A stretch of 64,000 nt of DNA, taken from contig OZ037835.1 of NCBI GenBank assembly GCA_964035575.1, positions 930,001-994,000 of the forward strand. Direction: 5' to 3'. A program made the position numbers and the translations under genes. The notes beneath the pieces are model-generated. The model ran no database searches and had not been told where the DNA came from. It saw only the letters and a program-made list of their open reading frames with translations. Shown here in pieces: positions 59,497-64,000 of this stretch. The stretch comes from Rhynchopus sp. YZ270_cl-10. Its lineage: Eukaryota. Every line of letters starts with the position of its first letter. Position 1 is the first letter of the stretch.

Positions 59497-60756
59497 TCAC
59501 GAACACACACACCCACTGCAGCGTGACTCCGTTGCCACAACAGTTCCTTTCAAGGGGAGGGGACGGGGACGGGGGGGACCATGTTGCAGGGCGTCCTGCT
59601 CTGACACCTGCATGTTGAAGTCAGCAAGGTCGAGCACCGAGATGACGTTTCCGACAACGACCAGCCTGCACCCGTCTGTCGAGGCATGCACAGACCCGCA
59701 AACCCGCAAACCGACAGACCACGTGTCGGTATACACAGACCACGTGTCATCTGCGTCGATGCGTCCCATGGGGGCTCCACTGCGTGCGTCGTACTGCTGC
59801 ACACTCCTGAGAGTGACAGTGAAAAAGAGGTATCGCGAGCACGCACTGAAACAGGCACCGTATATAGTGTCACCTCCACAGCTCAGTGTGCAGAGCGTCT
59901 GCCCGGATACGATATCAATGGTGCGGACAGTGCGCTTCTCGCCACAACTCAACACTGCGAGGCTTGCGTCGGGCGAAAATGAGGGCCGCAAACAGGACCC
60001 TCTGTACGACCCTGTGTCCATACGGTGCACCAGGCGCAGCTCAGGGGTGTCCATACGGTACAATGCAGAAGGTCGGTATCCATTGCTCAATAACAGAGAC
60101 TCGCAGGGTGACACTGCAAAGGAGCACCCATAGTGATCAATGGTACGCATCTTCACCCCCTCGCAGGAGTACTGTACGATCTGCTCACTCGTCCCAACCA
60201 GCACAGCCTCCGTTACCCTCATGGCCACAAGCCTGTGAACCCTGTCTGCCATATGTACCACAACCTCTGCACCGCTGTCCCGCGGCCTAAAGTGTACAAC
60301 ATTCCACAGTGAACTACAGTAGACGATGTGGTGTGGCATGAGAACCACCTTGCACAGACTTCCACCTACGGGAAGGAGAGGTGTGACCTCGGTGGTGACG
60401 AGGTTGATGGTGACGGCGTGTTCGCCACCCACTACGAGTGTGTCCTCGCATACGTCTGCGATGCAGCCTCCCACAGTATAGCGCTTCGGCACCCACACAC
60501 CACTGCTGTCCTGCTTCCGTCTGCTCACATGGACAGTCCCGCCTGCACACAGTGCGGTGTGGGCAATCAGAACCTCCGGTGCCAGCACCTCACCATCAGC
60601 ACCATCCACACACAGCCCCACTGCCTCGGCAGACACCACGCTCTGTGGGTACAACACCGCAACAGCACGCTCCTGCAGATCTGCAGCACTGCAACCCTCC
60701 CCCACCTCTGCAGCACAGCGTTGTCCAGATGTTGTGCATTCAAACCATATCTCCAT
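59497..60756 (-). CDS. UBL + beta-propeller + CaaX protein, copy 5 (419 aa)
   Basis: Intact paralogue; start placed at MEIWFEC by comparison with the other copies. Confidence 0.85.
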   Translation of the reverse strand: MEIWFECTTSGQRCAAEVGEGCSAADLQERAVAVLYPQSVVSAEAVGLCVDGADGEVLAPEVLIAHTALCAGGTVHVSRRKQDSSGVWVPKRYTVGGCIADVCEDTLVVGGEHAVTINLVTTEVTPLLPVGGSLCKVVLMPHHIVYCSSLWNVVHFRPRDSGAEVVVHMADRVHRLVAMRVTEAVLVGTSEQIVQYSCEGVKMRTIDHYGCSFAVSPCESLLLSNGYRPSALYRMDTPELRLVHRMDTGSYRGSCLRPSFSPDASLAVLSCGEKRTVRTIDIVSGQTLCTLSCGGDTIYGACFSACSRYLFFTVTLRSVQQYDARSGAPMGRIDADDTWSVYTDTWSVGLRVCGSVHASTDGCRLVVVGNVISVLDLADFNMQVSEQDALQHGPPRPRPLPLKGTVVATESRCSGCVCS

Positions 60757-61567
60757 TGTGTGGTCACTGTCTGAGAGGGGGCGGTGGGAGAAGCAGGGTG
60801 TCGGTGTGCTGAGTGGATGGGGGATGTTTGAGTGAATGGAACAAAGGTTGCTTTTGTAAGATGAATGTGCACCTCCTGCTACACACCATCTGCAGTGATC
60901 CAAGAACACATAGGGAGGGGTTGTGTGAGGTCGAAATGGTTTATGGGGTGGGATCTTGTTTTTGATTTCTTTTTCAAACTCATGAGAGAAGATAGGATGG
61001 CTGCAACATCCTTTGGTTGGGTAAGCAGCCTCACCGAAGCCTTTGCTTTGCATGTTTAAGAGAAGGGGTAACACAGAGAAGAGTTGAGATGAACCTGAGC
61101 CTCTCTGTGCTTGGACACCTCATAAAAGGGAAGCAAGATGCAATAAAACAGACCGACAGTTAACAAACAACACAGTCGTGTAAAGATCTTTGTGCAGAGC
61201 GAGATGTGGTTTTGGGTTTCTTTTTGGCGACTGAAAATGTGAATAATGTAATTTCGATATTTTCAAACTCTTTTTCGAGATATCGATTCTCCCAGTCAAC
61301 AGTAGATGACGACTTTTTGTGTAACACCTTCGAGAAGAATATTAGAACCCGACTTCAGAATATGATGAGAGAAGTAATACCGAATAAAAAGTTCTAGTTA
61401 TGTGACGGACAAAGAAAAACAAGACGGGGCAAACGCTTATTTCGTTTGACACTCAGCAAGCTGTTGTGTTGTTTCCCCACTGTACGATGCTGGTTGTGGC
61501 GTGTGGAAAAAGCTTAACGAAGCAACAGTCAGACTTTTCTCCTTTACCCTGTTGCAAAAAATTGGTA

Positions 61568-63219
61568 CCGGGGGGTATGTAACTTTGTGTATTAGTGTGT
61601 AAAATTTGACCGGCCCTTTGGGTGAAAAAAGAAAGAGTGAGGGGAGTTGGGTCCAGTCATAGGGGGTATAGCATATTTTTTGGAAAATTCTTCAAAAAAG
61701 CAAGGATTTTTGCTGGGCACAATGAAATTTTCAGAAAAATCCCGATTTTCGGCCAAATTTGGAGCAAATTATGACCCACCCACCCCGATTTTGGGTCAAA
61801 AACCGACTTCATTTTTGCACAGGAGTGCTTACGATTTCGTAAACCAGGGGTCCTCTGGATGCATGCATTGATAAACACAACACTGGAAATTGCAAGGAAC
61901 GGGTCTGCATGCGTGTTCTCTAGCCACTACAGTCACAGGGTATTGCGGCTGAATTTTGACTTGCGAAATTTTTTCGCGAACATCTATTTCTGAGGTTTTC
62001 TTTGGATTCTTTGGGCCATTTTATGACCTACCACGCCCGATTTTGGGCGATAAAACAAAATTTTGTCAGGTCAAACTCCGTACTTGTGAAAAGAATTGCT
62101 AAGGAAATGTGAAATATGCGTGTTTTTGTACACGAAATGTGGGCCCCTGTAGTAATGCATAAGGTGCATAATGCATATGGTTTACACCCAGCTCGTCAAA
62201 ACACCCGATTTTTGCGTTTTTTTGCACTTTTTGGTGCCCAAAAACCCAACTCAGGGGTCGAAATTTTCCCGAAAAAAAAATTTTTTTTTTTGAGATTTTT
62301 TGATTTTTTGACAAGGCGCTGGCCCATACAAAATGCACTGGTGGTGCAGAAAATGACTGGGGAATTAACTCTAGATGCTCAAAACAGCCCAATTCTTGCT
62401 TTTTTTGACTTTTTGGTCCCAGAAGGGGACCTAGGGTGTAGTGAGCAGGCCTCAAAAACACTTGTGAAAAAAAAATTTTGGGATTTTTTTTTTTGAGATT
62501 TTTTCAAAAATCGACTTGTTTTTGGTAAAAATCACGAAATTTTGGGTTCGCGGAACCGCGTTTTAGACCCCCCGAGATGCTCAAAAGTGCCAAATTTTGC
62601 TTTTAATGGCCTCAAATCGTCGAAATTAGCCCAATATAGGGGCAAAAAAAAAAATTCGAGGGTCTAGGTATGGAGAGCGAGCACCTTAGAAGCGTCGTAG
62701 GCAACCCGTGTTTTTTGTGTATAAATAGTACCCGGTCAAAATGCCGGTCAAAATGGGGTGCCGGTCAAATTACATACCCTATTTTGACCGGGTACTATTT
62801 GTACACAAAAATACCCGATTTTTTCGGGAATTTTTGACAACACACTGGTTTAGTTACCGGTCAGAACCGGTCAAATTACATACCCCCCACCGTAAAAATA
62901 TTTATTCTGGGCTGTAACTATTCTGAGACAGAAGTATACTGGACCGGAACAAAACTGGAACACTTGGGGTTTTTGGGGGTGTCCCAGTTTTGTTCCGGCC
63001 CAGAACAGTTCTGTTGGGGTAGAATTTTTATCCCCATTCCCACCCCACCCAGGTGCATAGTGCATCTTTGGGCAAAAAAAATTCGTCGCACTCCTCGTTT
63101 TTTTTGACAAGGCACGGATACCCCCCCAAAACAATGCTGGTACGGAACAAAACTGGAACAATCGACGATTTTTTGGGGTGTTCCAGTTTTGTTCCGGCCC
63201 AGAATAAATATTTTTACGG
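61568..63219. mobile_element. TA-flanked MITE (CCGTAAAAATATTTATTCTGGGC TIR) with a 1.3-kb TIR element (61570-62888) inserted in its first bases
   Basis: Inner TIR GGGGGGTATGTAA/TTACATACCCCCC with ACC on both flanks; the empty site ATTGGTATAA is seen in the array spacer at 55431. Confidence 0.65.
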
Positions 63220-63926
63220 TATATAAAAATGCTCGAGAGACTCGTTCCTCTTTGCTTGTTGCTCAAAAGACTATAAACGGGGGGGGAAAAAGTAAAAGTT
63301 GTTTGTTGTTCGCTTCCTTTTTTTTTTCTTTCTTCTTCGACTTGATTTACGATATGGATGTGTTTGCCTGAAGTACAGAAAGTGTCGTGGAGCACAGGGG
63401 GGAAAAGAGGGGAAACAAGCGGGGAGCGGATACGCCGACGCGCGACTTTTCACGAGGGTCTCGAGCATTTTGTCAAATACTACGTGTTTACTTTAAAAAA
63501 AAAAACACAAACAACCCCCCACCACAACAGACGAGTCACTTCACCAATAATACCTCACAGCCTCATCTTGGGCAAATGCCCTGTGCAGGAACTAGACAAA
63601 AACTGATGTTCACACACATCACACATAACCCTTTCCCTCACAAAGCCCTGCACAGGAACTATGCAGAACGCATTTCCACATTCCTTTCTTCCTCATCTCC
63701 CTCAGCTCAACAAACAGCTCCAATCACCCGCAGGCCCATGCCGTAGAAGCACGACCCAACGAACCACTACTGCTGCTCTGCGGCAGGACACGTCAGGGAC
63801 AGCAACACATTCGCACCACGTCTGTTCACAAGCATGTCTCCGAGAGTCGACCCACCTGCCGAGCAGTGCTCCTTCGCCACCTGCATGAAGTAGCCTGCCT
63901 CCAGCACTGTCGCCACACCCTGGCCT

Positions 63927-64000
63927 TCACGAACACACACACCCACTGCAGCGTGACTGCGTTGCCACAACAGTTCCTTTAAAGGTAGAACGCAAGGGGA
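63927..64000 (-). CDS. 3' end of UBL-propeller-CaaX copy 6 (runs off the window)
   Basis: PLRSTFKGTVVATQSRCSGCVCS-stop. Confidence 0.8.
   Translation of the reverse strand, partial: PLRSTFKGTVVATQSRCSGCVCS

Noticed and set aside
44420..60756. Diversity-generating retroelement (RT beside hypervariable genes)
   Set aside because: The RT belongs to a self-contained YR retrotransposon. No template/variable repeat pair was seen, and the variation is indel-rich and not obviously adenine-specific.
60757..61074. 106-aa N-terminal extension of array copy 5
   Set aside because: The homologous sequence is out of frame in the other copies, so it is leader sequence.

Overview
This is eukaryotic nuclear DNA with GT-AG introns, poly-A/T tracts and dense transposon content. 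Every recognisable host gene is on the minus strand, and the gene and element types suggest a euglenozoan such as a diplonemid (inference). The host genes are: a secreted CUB x3-LRR protein with two exons; a membrane-anchored coiled-coil protein; a six-exon ADP-ribosyltransferase-PDZ gene (~1216 aa) with an 11.3-kb transposon-filled intron; an orphan 394-aa ORF; and a ~2-kb-period tandem array of at least 6 ubiquitin-like/beta-propeller/CaaX genes with a constant N-terminus and a patchily hypervariable propeller. Mobile DNA includes an intact hAT transposon, a Crypton-like tyrosine-recombinase remnant, a Transib-like shell, many MITEs, and a complete 5.3-kb tyrosine-recombinase retrotransposon (gag-YR-RT/RNase H, split direct repeats). 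Three signals stand out. First, the retroelement gag stop is arranged so that readthrough would give Gag-YR and a -1 frameshift would give Gag-RT. Second, a ~34-nt hairpin occurs at about 15 non-coding sites, always in one orientation and usually just before a branch-like motif and pyrimidine tract. Third, the UBL-propeller-CaaX array appears to be diversifying. All calls were made by eye; no searches were run.
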